Position numbers and translations under genes: made by a program. Positions 44,401 to 53,900 of a stretch of 53,900 nt of DNA are shown piece after piece. Each line of letters starts with the position of its first letter. The stretch's first letter is position 1. The DNA comes from a virus. Taxonomy: Duplodnaviria > Caudoviricetes. The stretch lies in IMG/VR virus record IMGVR_UViG_3300032308_002516, positions 1 to 53,900 of that record; one strand, written 5' to 3'. The notes under the pieces were generated by a model that made no database searches, had not been told where the DNA came from, and saw only the letters and a list, made by a program, of their open reading frames with translations.

Positions 44401-47400
44401 TGTATGTTGACGGTTTCGTTGGAAACTTAAAATTCAGAATTATCAGCAAAGACAGTAATACGTTCTTGCGTGTAGGAGAATTAAAAAGATTCCCACAATT
44501 ACCAGCATCGTTTATCGTTGAAGACACTGTTTATCGAATCAACTATGTTAGAGACTTTACATTTAACACTGCAGGATCTACAGCTTCATTCGTTCTAGAC
44601 GAAACCACACCGTGGCCATTTGAACTATTCACCTATGACGACAGCATTTGCTATCGTGACGTAGGACTGATCATAGATGGTCTAGGATTTGATCTAGTAT
44701 TCGGTTCAAACTATCATGCTAGAAAAGCCGGTCTATCGTATAGACAGGCCAACGCTGCGGTAGTAGTAGAAGATCAGTTAGATCTAACTACCAGAGGTAT
44801 TTCTTTAGCACACGATTTAGCTATCGCTAATTTGTCTGCTTATCCAGGAACGCACAGCTCCATTAGAACAGCAGAGCGTATAATCACCGAAATCGTTAGA
44901 AACGGTGCTGTGTTCGCTCCTTCCTTGACACTACCTAATCCTCCAGCATTGCCTGCTGTATTGAACAGTGCTAAGATTCTGTTATTGAATAATATTAGAT
45001 TCATACAAGAAGAAGTCATTGGCTACATCGCAGCAAATTATCCTGTATATAATAGAGACAAATGTTACAGAGATGTAGGTTATATCATTGATGCTGTGTT
45101 TAACGATTTGGTATTTGGTTCAAACTATCAATCTGTTACAGCAGGTTTAGCCTACTATAGAGATATTCCAAGTTCTGCTTATGTGATCAGCGATCAGAAA
45201 CCAGAAACTATCGCTGGTATTAACAAAGCCAGAGATTTGATCTTAGCAATAACCACAGACACTGGTGCTGAATCAGTGATCACTGCTAACTTTGCCATAA
45301 TCACAGACATCATCAACAGCGGTGTGGGTGTTGCTCCTTCCTTGAGTTATCCAACACCAGCAGGCGCTGATTCTGGTTATGTAGCTGCTGCTAACTTAAT
45401 CAATGCTAACAAGGCATTCTTAAAGACCATAGTCACTGGCTGGATCGCAGCACAAGTTACAGGAAACATAGCTCCGTTTACATCTAGCTTTACCTACAAC
45501 ACAGTTAAATGTCAACGAGATGTAGAATTATTAATCGACGCTATCAGATACGATCTGTTATACGGAGGAAATAGTTCTACCGTCACTGCCGGAGAAGCAT
45601 ATTATCAAGGTACTGTGATATCTGGTCAAGTCGATCAGACCGTGGCTGCTTATGAATTTTTACAATCAGTTATCACACAGGTCGCACAGAATATCACAGT
45701 AACTCCTACATACAGCGCATCTCCACAGGTTTCAGGAACTGCAGGATCAAGTGGTGCTGCTGATTTTATTTCTTCTAGACTAGACGAAATAGTAATTTTA
45801 GTTGAAGGTGGTGTAGTAACTGTTTCGAATCCTTCATACACTCTGGGCAACAGCACATATGCTGCTCAACGAGTTTTAGTACAGGCAGAAAAAGTTAATG
45901 TACAAGAAGACACAGTAGATTGGTTAGAAAGTTCTGAAACTGTGTTTGCCTATGATGATATCAAGTGTCGTAGAGACGTTGGTTATATCATAGAAGGAGT
46001 AGTCTACGATATTCTTTACGGCGGTAACAGCCAGAGCGTGGATTCAGGTAAGAAATATTACAGCAGTATATTACCTGGCGGTCCTTCACAGATTCCAGCG
46101 ACACAGAAAGCTGCTACTATCGATGCTCTAGGACATGCTAGATATCTAGCCAAGCAGGTGATATTAAACGCACCCCCTGCCATAGTCTACAGTACCGAAC
46201 CACAGATCACTGGATCTGCTTCTGATGTTACCACACAGAATCTCATAAATTCATTGATGTTGATCATCGAGGATATAATTGATAACGGTGTCAGCGCAGC
46301 ACCTGCTATAGTGTTACCTGACTTAGAGGATTATGTATATTCACCGACTATCAAAGCTGCTAAAGTCATATTAGACAGTGAAAGAACTGCTATACAACAG
46401 GCAGTGGTTGATTTCGTAGATGATAATGCTAACCTATACGAAGTTCTAACTCCTGGTAATAGATCTATGTTGAGCAACGACTTTACACAGCTCAACGACA
46501 TGGGCTACGGTGTAGTAGTAAACAACGGCGGCTTATCAGAGTGCGTCAGTATGTTTACCTACTACAACTATATTTCTTACTACTCAGTAAACGGTGGTCA
46601 GATTCGTTCCGTAGCAGGTTCATCAGCACACGGTGTGTATGCTTTGGTAGCAGAGGGTGCTGATCCATTAGAAGTTCCAACGCCGGTAACATTGTATTAT
46701 GATCTAAGCCAAGGTGGAGAATGTTATTTCCCCAGCGGTGTCTATGCCAACGTACAAGGTGGTCAGGAATTATATGTTACAAATTACGAATACGTTCCTC
46801 TAGATAACAGTGAGATCGAAATCGATCACGGTCTAGGATCACTATACAGATATCCAGTTACCACAGTGAGCACATCAGGTCTTCCTGCAGGTATAGCCAA
46901 ACTAAATCTTAAGAGTGCTGCAGGAGTCGGCGAAGAAGGTCTAGTAAGACAAGTTCCTAATGGCACAAAAATTACATTTAGACAGGCTTCACAGACAGTA
47001 TTAACTGGAGATGTTGTTGACGTTGTAACAAGACCATCAACTGGTTTGGTATTAAGAGAAGCCAATACAGTTTATCGTATTCTACAATTCCAAGACTATC
47101 CAGAACCACAGGGACCAAGATCAATAACACTGACATTAGGAACCCCTGGTTATGTGAACAGAGTTGATCACGGACTGTTGCCTGGATATCAGGTTTCATT
47201 CCAGACCACAGGTTCATTACCTACTGGAATTACAGCTGGTGAAATATACTACGTTTTAGCCGACGGTTACACCGAAGATAGATTTGCATTTTCTGCTACT
47301 AAAACAGGTTTGCCAATAACTCTATCCGGTTCGCAGACTGGATCAGCTAGTTATCTTGTAAGAGGACTAGCTAGAACCACTATGCGTGAGAACTATGACT

Positions 47401-50027
47401 ATATAGATCTCACAGTTTGGCCTGAGCAACCTTTCGCAGACAGCGGATTGATGTCATGCACTATAGACATAGCCAGTCCAGCTACTATTACCTGCACTGG
47501 GCACGGTCTAGCAGTTAATGATGTTGTTAGATTTGAAACTACAGGATCTTTACCTGGTGGTATATCTGAATCAAGACATTACTTCGTTAAGCAAGTTTTA
47601 AATGATAATCAATTTACCATAAAACAAGAGGCAACGGCAAGCGCCGATGCAGTAGTAACTGTAGGGACCCAATCAGGTTCGCACAGTATTGGAGCAGTAA
47701 TTGGTAGAGCCGGCGACACAGTAGTAGCAGTGGTAGCTGTTGGTCCTGCCGACGAAGAAAGGATTTTAAGTACTAAATTTGTGTTCCTAGGAGAAGAATA
47801 TCAGATTATTTCCTATGCTGATACTGCGACTACCTTAGAACCATACGCTTTAATAACTGTCAACAGACCGTTCGAAGATAGTACAGTTTATTGGACCACA
47901 CTGCCTACATTCAAGGCGGGTGTCTCTATTAATGAACCAGGTACACTGACCATACGTATTTCTCTAACTCGCGTTACTGGACACGATCTATTAGAAATTG
48001 GTACTGGATCATACGCTGATACAAACTATCCTAATGAAATTTATGGACCAGCGGTTAATCCTCTAAATGCTTCTAACGAAACGCAGGAACGAGATGTTGG
48101 TCGTTGTTTCTATGTAACCACAGACCAGTTCGGTAACTTCCAAGTCGGTCCTTACTTTAAGGTTGACCAGGGTACTGGTACTGTTACATTCTCCGCAGCG
48201 ATTGCGTTAAGCAACTTGGACGGTATTGGATTCAAACGAGGTGTTCCTATCTCTGAGTTCTCCACAGACTCAGCTTTCTCAGATAATGCTACAGACACAG
48301 TACCTACAGAAAACGCAACAAGAACATATATCGATAGACGTTTAGGTATCAATCATAACGGTAATACCGTTCCTGAAGCAAACTTGATTCCAACGCTAAC
48401 TGGTGGATTCATGGCCTTAGATGGTCAGTTGTCAATGAAAGGAGAAATGAATCTCGGGGACAACAAGATCATCAACGTAGCAGATGCTACTGAATTAAAA
48501 GATGCGGTTAATCTACAAAGTTTAACGTTTGCTAATTTCCAAGATACCACAGTTACTGGAGTCGCTGCATCTGATCTATTAGTGTTTACTGGCACAGGCA
48601 ATGCTGCTATCAACGCAGAAGTTATCGGTGATATTGATTTCACAGTCAATGTAGGAACCAACGAAGTCAACGCACAGATCAATGCTAACACCATCATTAA
48701 TGCCGACATCAAGACTGATGCTGCTGTAGAGCAGAGCAAGTTGGCTATGAATTTAGCAACTACAGCGGCAGCCGCTCCCTCTGCCACACCTGTGGCTTCA
48801 AGTGCTCTAGTGTCTGGAAGAAGATATCGTATAGCTACCACAGGCAGTAACTTTATTTCTGTAGGCGCAGCTTCAAACACTGTGGGAGTTATTTTCCAAG
48901 CTACAGGAACTGTAGCAGGTACAGGAACGGCCGTAGAGATCGACGCCATACAGGCAGGCACTGGCGTGGCCAGTTTTGATAATGCTCAGTTTACTGCGAC
49001 CAATGGTTGGATATCATTGAAATCTAATGGTACACCTATAACCAGGATCGAGCAGATAGCATCTAAAACAGTTTTAGGTAATGAAACAGCTTCTCTTAAC
49101 AATGTCACCCAGGTAGCATTTACCACTGTGGTCAGCGACGGCGGCGGTGTTAAAAAATCCCAATATTCCACAGGAACTGGTTTCTTAAGGCGTATAGGAT
49201 TTACATCTACACAAGATACAGACTACACCATCGTAGATATGGCTACTGGTTCGGCCGCAAGTCCAGAACCTAGTACATTAGTAGTTCGAAACAGCAACGG
49301 TGACTTTGGTGCTAGAAACGTAGACTTATCCAGACTTTTAGTAGATAATAAGATCACCATAGATACAGTTACTTCTGGAGTCGCTGGAGCGGGCTTTACA
49401 CAATATCATGGATTCTCAGGTCAAGTAGGTATATTGATCGGCGACGGACCTGCCGCTGACGGCAGCGACAAGCGCAGTTTCTACGATAATAACACCCATA
49501 CATTTAGAACACAGAATGGTTTGACTAATGCTCCTGTCACTGTAGGCACACTGACTGCTGGTGCTATAACCACAGGCGGAGTAGCTATAGCTGGTACAGT
49601 AACTGGTAACTGGTCGCTGACAGCAGGCAGCAAGTTCCAAGCTACCTATGCTGACCTAGCAGAATACTACGAGGGCGATAAAGAGTATGAAGTTGGAACA
49701 GTCTTGATATTCGGCGGAGACCGAGAAGTAACAGTATCTACTAAGTTTGAAGATCATAGAATCGCAGGAGTTGTGTCAGAGACTGGTGCTTATATAATGA
49801 ACAACGAATGCCCAGGCACAAAAGTTTGTATAGCATTACAGGGTCGTGTACCATGTAGAGTTGTAGGTAAAATAGAAAAAGGTGATTTACTAGTTACTTC
49901 TAATATCCAGGGGGTGGCGATTTCTGTCAAAGGAACAGCTCGACCAGGAACTATCATTGGTAAGGCATTAGAAAATTACAATTCAGATCACATTGGCACT
50001 ATTGAAGTAGCCGTAGGAAGAGCATAA
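41451..50027 (+). CDS. Giant virion structural / tail protein (2858 aa)
   Basis: N-terminal IDIGVVGNDGTGDSIRDSFRKVNENF phage tail/baseplate anchor; ATKRYVD motifs; HGL..G repeats; five C-x-R-D repeats; C-terminal YADLAEYY chaperone-like domain; GCTAAATA at 41414. Confidence 0.88.
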   Translation: MARKIIDIGVVGNDGTGDSIRDSFRKVNENFRELYSSLGLGERLTLIELDDLRLNRDTQPYKELGGYLGQENAVLSVNTDESGVAFKQLVGEGVAIDFSNPGEIRFTTEFSALVSDPDPKLGSDLSAKSGGLQHRIVDLGTDLSPLFPIYQHEATSKGYVDTKLAIGGTEAIDPRTNEVNTAFGKMTGPLILSRDPQPDDDEIYDGLIAATKRYVDNSGFGSRVNLYVATSGEDDRVGVSSELQGRALSYAYRTLEAALKKAEEIMLESRVEMGAYKKVLTYNDGANQATLDFVDDAPFAGSGFAGQVYVSVDTITINNPGQNYAVGDIVSLSGGESTQAATYEVLSVGALPGTSKGPILTIRQLTSGVYSITPGSTNVPTSVNRPFGVNATFNVTYKVNNVRIKTLAEDGIDGRGSGYGLVSVRITGGGGTGAFGTAEVVGGQILSITVTDQGSGFTSVPNVFVSLPRFLLKTEFQRTDFTGDVTTNTAAAIRGRDVREGLFLRGETSGALAQILSHSGQLDSEGREIFDVDIKYGTFELNEPISYGDVAKETQITILVETGIYEENLPLRVPPNVSIVGDEFRRCIVRPKPGPSSSPWAFTYFRRDITIGGPPLTQQVFDNVEEIWEEENIPGDTLVLTSRTFGYHYLTNQGQPVIPLINNKGSYRAAAELLKLNRQFLQKEVIAWIEYQIEQQLAPFDTDPTFNFSRNICERDVGLLIDSIVFDLKYGGSDRTVSAGLKYFQNASSIGDPEVVLTEQLSQTVAANRRLLALAQLVIKNVQITELFQFTVPQIIDNAFIAESGVGGAEDSITGVALTNPVAITTFSAHGLAQGQRIVLSGIGGAVELNGNDYYIDIINAASFYIFRDEGLNDPIDGETEDISNYTSGGTVTNLGGVLGDLIEMAFIDVLEGSASVNSPKNNDQMDMFLANDSNRWQALTGQGHGGFMMVLDPTGQILSRSPYAQECASFSGSTGKQRFAGGMYVDGFVGNLKFRIISKDSNTFLRVGELKRFPQLPASFIVEDTVYRINYVRDFTFNTAGSTASFVLDETTPWPFELFTYDDSICYRDVGLIIDGLGFDLVFGSNYHARKAGLSYRQANAAVVVEDQLDLTTRGISLAHDLAIANLSAYPGTHSSIRTAERIITEIVRNGAVFAPSLTLPNPPALPAVLNSAKILLLNNIRFIQEEVIGYIAANYPVYNRDKCYRDVGYIIDAVFNDLVFGSNYQSVTAGLAYYRDIPSSAYVISDQKPETIAGINKARDLILAITTDTGAESVITANFAIITDIINSGVGVAPSLSYPTPAGADSGYVAAANLINANKAFLKTIVTGWIAAQVTGNIAPFTSSFTYNTVKCQRDVELLIDAIRYDLLYGGNSSTVTAGEAYYQGTVISGQVDQTVAAYEFLQSVITQVAQNITVTPTYSASPQVSGTAGSSGAADFISSRLDEIVILVEGGVVTVSNPSYTLGNSTYAAQRVLVQAEKVNVQEDTVDWLESSETVFAYDDIKCRRDVGYIIEGVVYDILYGGNSQSVDSGKKYYSSILPGGPSQIPATQKAATIDALGHARYLAKQVILNAPPAIVYSTEPQITGSASDVTTQNLINSLMLIIEDIIDNGVSAAPAIVLPDLEDYVYSPTIKAAKVILDSERTAIQQAVVDFVDDNANLYEVLTPGNRSMLSNDFTQLNDMGYGVVVNNGGLSECVSMFTYYNYISYYSVNGGQIRSVAGSSAHGVYALVAEGADPLEVPTPVTLYYDLSQGGECYFPSGVYANVQGGQELYVTNYEYVPLDNSEIEIDHGLGSLYRYPVTTVSTSGLPAGIAKLNLKSAAGVGEEGLVRQVPNGTKITFRQASQTVLTGDVVDVVTRPSTGLVLREANTVYRILQFQDYPEPQGPRSITLTLGTPGYVNRVDHGLLPGYQVSFQTTGSLPTGITAGEIYYVLADGYTEDRFAFSATKTGLPITLSGSQTGSASYLVRGLARTTMRENYDYIDLTVWPEQPFADSGLMSCTIDIASPATITCTGHGLAVNDVVRFETTGSLPGGISESRHYFVKQVLNDNQFTIKQEATASADAVVTVGTQSGSHSIGAVIGRAGDTVVAVVAVGPADEERILSTKFVFLGEEYQIISYADTATTLEPYALITVNRPFEDSTVYWTTLPTFKAGVSINEPGTLTIRISLTRVTGHDLLEIGTGSYADTNYPNEIYGPAVNPLNASNETQERDVGRCFYVTTDQFGNFQVGPYFKVDQGTGTVTFSAAIALSNLDGIGFKRGVPISEFSTDSAFSDNATDTVPTENATRTYIDRRLGINHNGNTVPEANLIPTLTGGFMALDGQLSMKGEMNLGDNKIINVADATELKDAVNLQSLTFANFQDTTVTGVAASDLLVFTGTGNAAINAEVIGDIDFTVNVGTNEVNAQINANTIINADIKTDAAVEQSKLAMNLATTAAAAPSATPVASSALVSGRRYRIATTGSNFISVGAASNTVGVIFQATGTVAGTGTAVEIDAIQAGTGVASFDNAQFTATNGWISLKSNGTPITRIEQIASKTVLGNETASLNNVTQVAFTTVVSDGGGVKKSQYSTGTGFLRRIGFTSTQDTDYTIVDMATGSAASPEPSTLVVRNSNGDFGARNVDLSRLLVDNKITIDTVTSGVAGAGFTQYHGFSGQVGILIGDGPAADGSDKRSFYDNNTHTFRTQNGLTNAPVTVGTLTAGAITTGGVAIAGTVTGNWSLTAGSKFQATYADLAEYYEGDKEYEVGTVLIFGGDREVTVSTKFEDHRIAGVVSETGAYIMNNECPGTKVCIALQGRVPCRVVGKIEKGDLLVTSNIQGVAISVKGTARPGTIIGKALENYNSDHIGTIEVAVGRA

Positions 50028-53000
50028 TGGCACAGATTATAATTGACGCAGGTATTCCACCGATAGTTTGGAGTTCAGTTCAAGATGCTTTTGATAAAAT
50101 AAATTCAAACTTCGAAGAGCTGTATCTAAATTTAGGTAATGAGGATTTAGTCAACTTTGAAAATCTTGGTACTAGTTTAATTCCAAGAACAACATCATTT
50201 TATGATCTTGGCACTAGTGCTAAAAGATGGAAAGACCTATATCTAAGCGGTAGCAGTTTATACATCGGCGATGCTGTTATAACTTCTGAAGATGGTAAAG
50301 TTAATTTACCCGCAGGCTCAACTATTGGCACATTGGCCATCGACGAAAATTATTTTAAATTTGTAACAGTTACTGGTCAGGGAACTATATCTGCTGATCA
50401 AGGCACAGATACTCTGACATTTACTGCCGGTACGGGTATGAATCTTTCAGTTGATACTGGAACAGATACCATAACAGTTAATAATGCCGGTGTTATAGGT
50501 TTAACAAATACAACTACATTGCCTGCCGGAATATCTTCGGGGTCAGGAATAGCAGTAAGTTCTGGAAATGGTTCGGTTCTTATTACCAATACAGGAACTT
50601 CACAGATACTGGGAACTGCTGGTCAAATAGGAGTAAGCAGTACTGGTCCTAGTGGTACTGGCGTAGTAACTTTAACGAACCTAGGAGTAACTAGATTAGA
50701 AACTGCTCCGGGATCTGGTATTGGTCTAACAGCTAACAACGGACTTATACAGATCACTAATACGTTGCCTAATATCGTACAGCCTGTAATTAGAAACTTA
50801 GCCGTATCGGGATCACCAGCACAGGCTACATTAATCAGCGATAACGCAAATTATACTGTAACTTTCGTGCCGGGTCTGGGCACAGGTATTACAACAAACT
50901 CTATAGCTAGAACAGTAACATTTACCAACACCGGTGTTAGATCTATTACATCGAGCAGCAACGCTATCACACTCGACTCGTCAACAGGTGTAATAACAGT
51001 AGGATTTAACAACGAAATCGATATAGTGGGATCAGTGTTTGCTGACAACTCTACTATGTTAGTCGACAGCACAAACGGTGTACTTAGAGGAACATTGTTA
51101 GGTAATCTAATTGGGCCTGTCGAGGGAGATGTTGTTGGCTCTGTATTTTCTGATAGTAGCACATTGTTAGTTGATGCTGTGTCTGGAACTATTCCTTGGT
51201 CTGTGTTAGCAGATATTCCTACAGAAGGAAAAACCATTTATGTCAATACCAACGGTAGCGATTCTAACTCAGGCAGAACAAAAGAAAAAGCATATGCTAA
51301 ACTCAGTTACGCATTATCTCAGGCCACAGCAGGAGATATAATTTCTATATCAGCTGGAACATATCAAGAAACATTCCCAATGACTGTACCTGCAGGAGTA
51401 TCTATTAAAGGAGCTGGAATAAGATCCACGATAATCACTCCCACAATAGCGACCAGTCAGAAGAGTTGCTTTTTATTAAACGGCGAGACTTCTGTGGAAG
51501 ACCTTACGATCAAGGATATGTATTACGATGGCGGAGCCAATACTGGCTACGCATTTAGATTTGCCACTGGATGTAGTATAACATCTGCTGTTCCCTTGGT
51601 ACAGCGAGTATTAGTTTACAGCAAAGGATCTGTAGTTACAGTCAACGATCCTTATGGTTATGGATCATCGGGAGCAGGTCGAGGTGCTTATTTAGACGGA
51701 GCATTAGTCAGTAGATCAAGTTTAGAACCTAGTATACAGTTTAAGAACTGTGTATTCATAGTTCCGAACAGTAGAGGTATAATAGCAACAAACGGCGCTA
51801 GACCAGACCTTCACAGTTGTTATTTTTACTTTGCTAATATAGCAGTGGAAGCTGTCCAAGGAATAACTGGTCGGGCAGCCGACGGAAAGACTTTATTGAG
51901 TTTACAAGGTGTTTCTGGATCATGGACAACACCAACCACTGTTAGTTATTACGATGTTGACGGAACGACACTGATAACTTCTGGTACATTAGAAAGTGTT
52001 ACCAATAATAGATATGTCTTAGATGGCGACATCAGTGGTTTCGCATTCGCTATAACTAGAGATCAAAAAGTTATCACAGTAAAAGGTGGAGCCGCTGTTA
52101 GTGCTACACAGTCTAACTTCGGAGCTAAGAGTCTGGCGTTAGACGGTACTGGTGATTATCTAAGTTTAGAATCTTCCGATGATTTTGAATTTGGCACAGG
52201 CAATTTTACATTAGAATGTTGGGTATATAGATCAAATGCCACAGCTACTGAATATATTTTCGATTACAGAGTCAGACCAAACGATGTAGCACCTGTGCTA
52301 TATCTCAGCGGAGGAAATCTAATTTACTATACCGCCGGATCTGCTAGGATAACCGGCACAGGTTCCGTAGGTAGTCCCAACGCATGGTATCATGTGGCTG
52401 TGTCCAGAAACAGCGGTACGACTAAACTATTCGTTGACGGTTTACAGGTCGGTTCTAGTTATTCCGACAGCAACGCTTATGTAAGATCGCCTATGGTCAT
52501 AGGTGGAGATTATCTAGGTAAAAATCTATTCACTGGTTACATAGATGAAGTTAGAGTAACCAACGGTTATTCTAGATATAACAGTAATTTCAGTTCTATC
52601 CTTAATCCGTTTGTTGGGGATAGGTACACAAAATTATTGATGCATTTTGATACAGCTATAGAAGATGATAACACGATAAATTACGATATTAGAGCGGGTT
52701 CAGGAGGCACTGCTACTGCTGTTACAGGTATAGATCGATCAGAATTCGGTGCAGAGATTTATTTAGAATCCTGCTTGATAGGTTATGGTTTATACGGAGC
52801 TAGAGCAGATGGCGCAGGAACTGTTATAAGATTAGGTTCTCATGAATTTTTCTTTGTAGGCACCGGAGCTGATCTATCTAACAATGGCCCAGGGAGACTA
52901 ACTGCCAACGAAATTTTATCTGCTAACGGAGGAAGAATATTTAATGATTCCTATCATTTTAACACTAAGAAGATAGGAAACATAGTTGAATTCGACTTAA

Positions 53001-53308
53001 CGAATCGAAAAATAGAATTCACATCAGGCGATATTGTGTTGTCGCAAAATGCCATTACCTCGGCCAGCGGTGAAAACGTTGTTATAGACCCAGGCGAAGG
53101 CGGTATATTAGATATCGAAGGCAATACAAAAATATTCGGAAACTTTACAGTAATCAGTAAAGTACCAGGTACCAGCAAAGGATCCGCAGGAGATTTAGCA
53201 GGTACTGTAGCTTTTGATGATACTTACATCTATTATTGTACCACAGATTATACTAATGGTGTAGCAGATATTTGGAAACGAACCGCACACGGTGCCGGAA
53301 CTTGGTAA
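50027..53308 (+). CDS. Tail fibre-like protein with beta-helix and LamG/ConA-like domains
   Basis: AFDKINSNFEELY, YDLGTSAKRWKDLYLS, IYVNTNGSDSNSG, FGTGNFTLECWVY...WYHVAVSR...GYIDEVRV, YIYYC...WKR. Confidence 0.85.
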   Translation: MAQIIIDAGIPPIVWSSVQDAFDKINSNFEELYLNLGNEDLVNFENLGTSLIPRTTSFYDLGTSAKRWKDLYLSGSSLYIGDAVITSEDGKVNLPAGSTIGTLAIDENYFKFVTVTGQGTISADQGTDTLTFTAGTGMNLSVDTGTDTITVNNAGVIGLTNTTTLPAGISSGSGIAVSSGNGSVLITNTGTSQILGTAGQIGVSSTGPSGTGVVTLTNLGVTRLETAPGSGIGLTANNGLIQITNTLPNIVQPVIRNLAVSGSPAQATLISDNANYTVTFVPGLGTGITTNSIARTVTFTNTGVRSITSSSNAITLDSSTGVITVGFNNEIDIVGSVFADNSTMLVDSTNGVLRGTLLGNLIGPVEGDVVGSVFSDSSTLLVDAVSGTIPWSVLADIPTEGKTIYVNTNGSDSNSGRTKEKAYAKLSYALSQATAGDIISISAGTYQETFPMTVPAGVSIKGAGIRSTIITPTIATSQKSCFLLNGETSVEDLTIKDMYYDGGANTGYAFRFATGCSITSAVPLVQRVLVYSKGSVVTVNDPYGYGSSGAGRGAYLDGALVSRSSLEPSIQFKNCVFIVPNSRGIIATNGARPDLHSCYFYFANIAVEAVQGITGRAADGKTLLSLQGVSGSWTTPTTVSYYDVDGTTLITSGTLESVTNNRYVLDGDISGFAFAITRDQKVITVKGGAAVSATQSNFGAKSLALDGTGDYLSLESSDDFEFGTGNFTLECWVYRSNATATEYIFDYRVRPNDVAPVLYLSGGNLIYYTAGSARITGTGSVGSPNAWYHVAVSRNSGTTKLFVDGLQVGSSYSDSNAYVRSPMVIGGDYLGKNLFTGYIDEVRVTNGYSRYNSNFSSILNPFVGDRYTKLLMHFDTAIEDDNTINYDIRAGSGGTATAVTGIDRSEFGAEIYLESCLIGYGLYGARADGAGTVIRLGSHEFFFVGTGADLSNNGPGRLTANEILSANGGRIFNDSYHFNTKKIGNIVEFDLTNRKIEFTSGDIVLSQNAITSASGENVVIDPGEGGILDIEGNTKIFGNFTVISKVPGTSKGSAGDLAGTVAFDDTYIYYCTTDYTNGVADIWKRTAHGAGTW

Positions 53309-53319
53309 TGGAGCGATAA

Positions 53320-53900
53320 ATGGCAAAACAAACGATAAATGTAGGCACTACAGCAAATGATAGAAAAGGCGACAGCCTACGTCTTGCGTTTCAGAAGGTA
53401 AATGCTAATTTCTCAGAGCTTTATACCGCACTGGGATTAGACGTTGCTCCACTAAATTTAGGAGCATTTGAATTTACTGGTAGTACTATGAGTACTACTG
53501 ACAGCAGTTCTATTACAATCGATCAAGCAACTACTGTTACCAGTAACTTAACTGTAGGTGGAGATATAGTTCCTAGTGTAGCTAATGGTGGTAACTTAGG
53601 TAGTCTTGCTAAACCATTCCGTAGCCTATATGTCAGCAATAGCACAGTTTTCTTGGGGGGTGTTCCTCTAAGTCTAGAACCAGGAACCAATGAACTAAGA
53701 GTTAATAATATACCTATTAGTCAAAACATTTCCTATACAGACATCCCTAACGCTCCCGCAGACATTGCAGATTTAACAGACGTAGAAGGACTTTTAACAG
53801 GTGTTCAAGGGCCCAAAGGTGATCGAGGTGAGAGAGGCTTACCAGGTCAAGATGGAGCACCTGGGCAAGATGGAGCACCTGGGCAAGATGGAGCACCTGG
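53320..53900 (+). CDS. Collagen-repeat tail fibre protein (runs off the window end)
   Basis: GGAG SD; MAKQTINVGTTANDRKGDSLRLAFQKVNANFSELY; ends GVQGPKGDRGERGLP(GQDGAP)3. Confidence 0.85.
   Translation, partial: MAKQTINVGTTANDRKGDSLRLAFQKVNANFSELYTALGLDVAPLNLGAFEFTGSTMSTTDSSSITIDQATTVTSNLTVGGDIVPSVANGGNLGSLAKPFRSLYVSNSTVFLGGVPLSLEPGTNELRVNNIPISQNISYTDIPNAPADIADLTDVEGLLTGVQGPKGDRGERGLPGQDGAPGQDGAPGQDGAP
53845..53898 (+). repeat. 18-bp tandem repeat, at least 3 copies, encoding GQDGAP
   Basis: GG(T/G)CAAGATGGAGCACCT at 53845, 53863 and 53881. Confidence 0.95.

Noticed and set aside
41464-53178. Many 60-180 aa minus-strand ORFs inside the structural genes
   Set aside because: Antisense shadows of Gly/Thr/Val-rich coding sequence, with no SD, promoter or motif
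53845-53900. Direct repeats as a CRISPR array
   Set aside because: No spacers; the unit is an in-frame 18-mer encoding collagen GQDGAP
1-53900. Bacterial chromosome, or a recoded genome
   Set aside because: Tail genes, thyX, T4-type late boxes and dense phage hypotheticals indicate a phage; ORFs are full length in the standard code and all three stop codons are used

Overview
This window looks like part of a large T4-like or jumbo tailed-phage genome. The host is probably a proteobacterium, judging from the IscU/IscA and Bug/TctC sequences (inference). It has three zones. (1) 1-27.8 kb: an AT-rich island of about 30 genes, mostly tailoring enzymes. It holds six SGGxDS PP-loop ATP-pyrophosphatases, nine HxD...H 2OG/Fe(II)-type oxygenases, a Rieske oxygenase, a B12-radical SAM enzyme, a DUF3050 heme-oxygenase-like protein, a divergent PurD-like ATP-grasp ligase, a GNAT, a desaturase, an acyl-CoA ligase, an SDR, a BKACE, an SGNH-like protein and two orphan solute-binding proteins. 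A tail-fibre gene sits inside it. The genes form back-to-back cassettes behind T4-late-type (TA)TAAATA promoters, many apparently leaderless. The island ends at an oversized 111-nt tRNA-like RNA with a non-canonical anticodon arm. (2) 28-41.4 kb: early and auxiliary genes (Hc1-like, thyX, hypotheticals behind consensus sigma70 promoters, queD with a preQ1-riboswitch-like leader, glycosyltransferase, uvsE, DUF3445, AdoMetDC, SOD, iscU, iscA). (3) 41.4-53.9 kb: virion and tail genes, namely a 2858-aa protein with five C-x-R-D repeats, a LamG-containing fibre and a truncated collagen-repeat fibre. The best candidate for an undescribed system is the late-expressed enzyme island, possibly for virion decoration or small-molecule synthesis, together with its adjacent aberrant tRNA. 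All calls come from motif recognition by eye; no searches were run.
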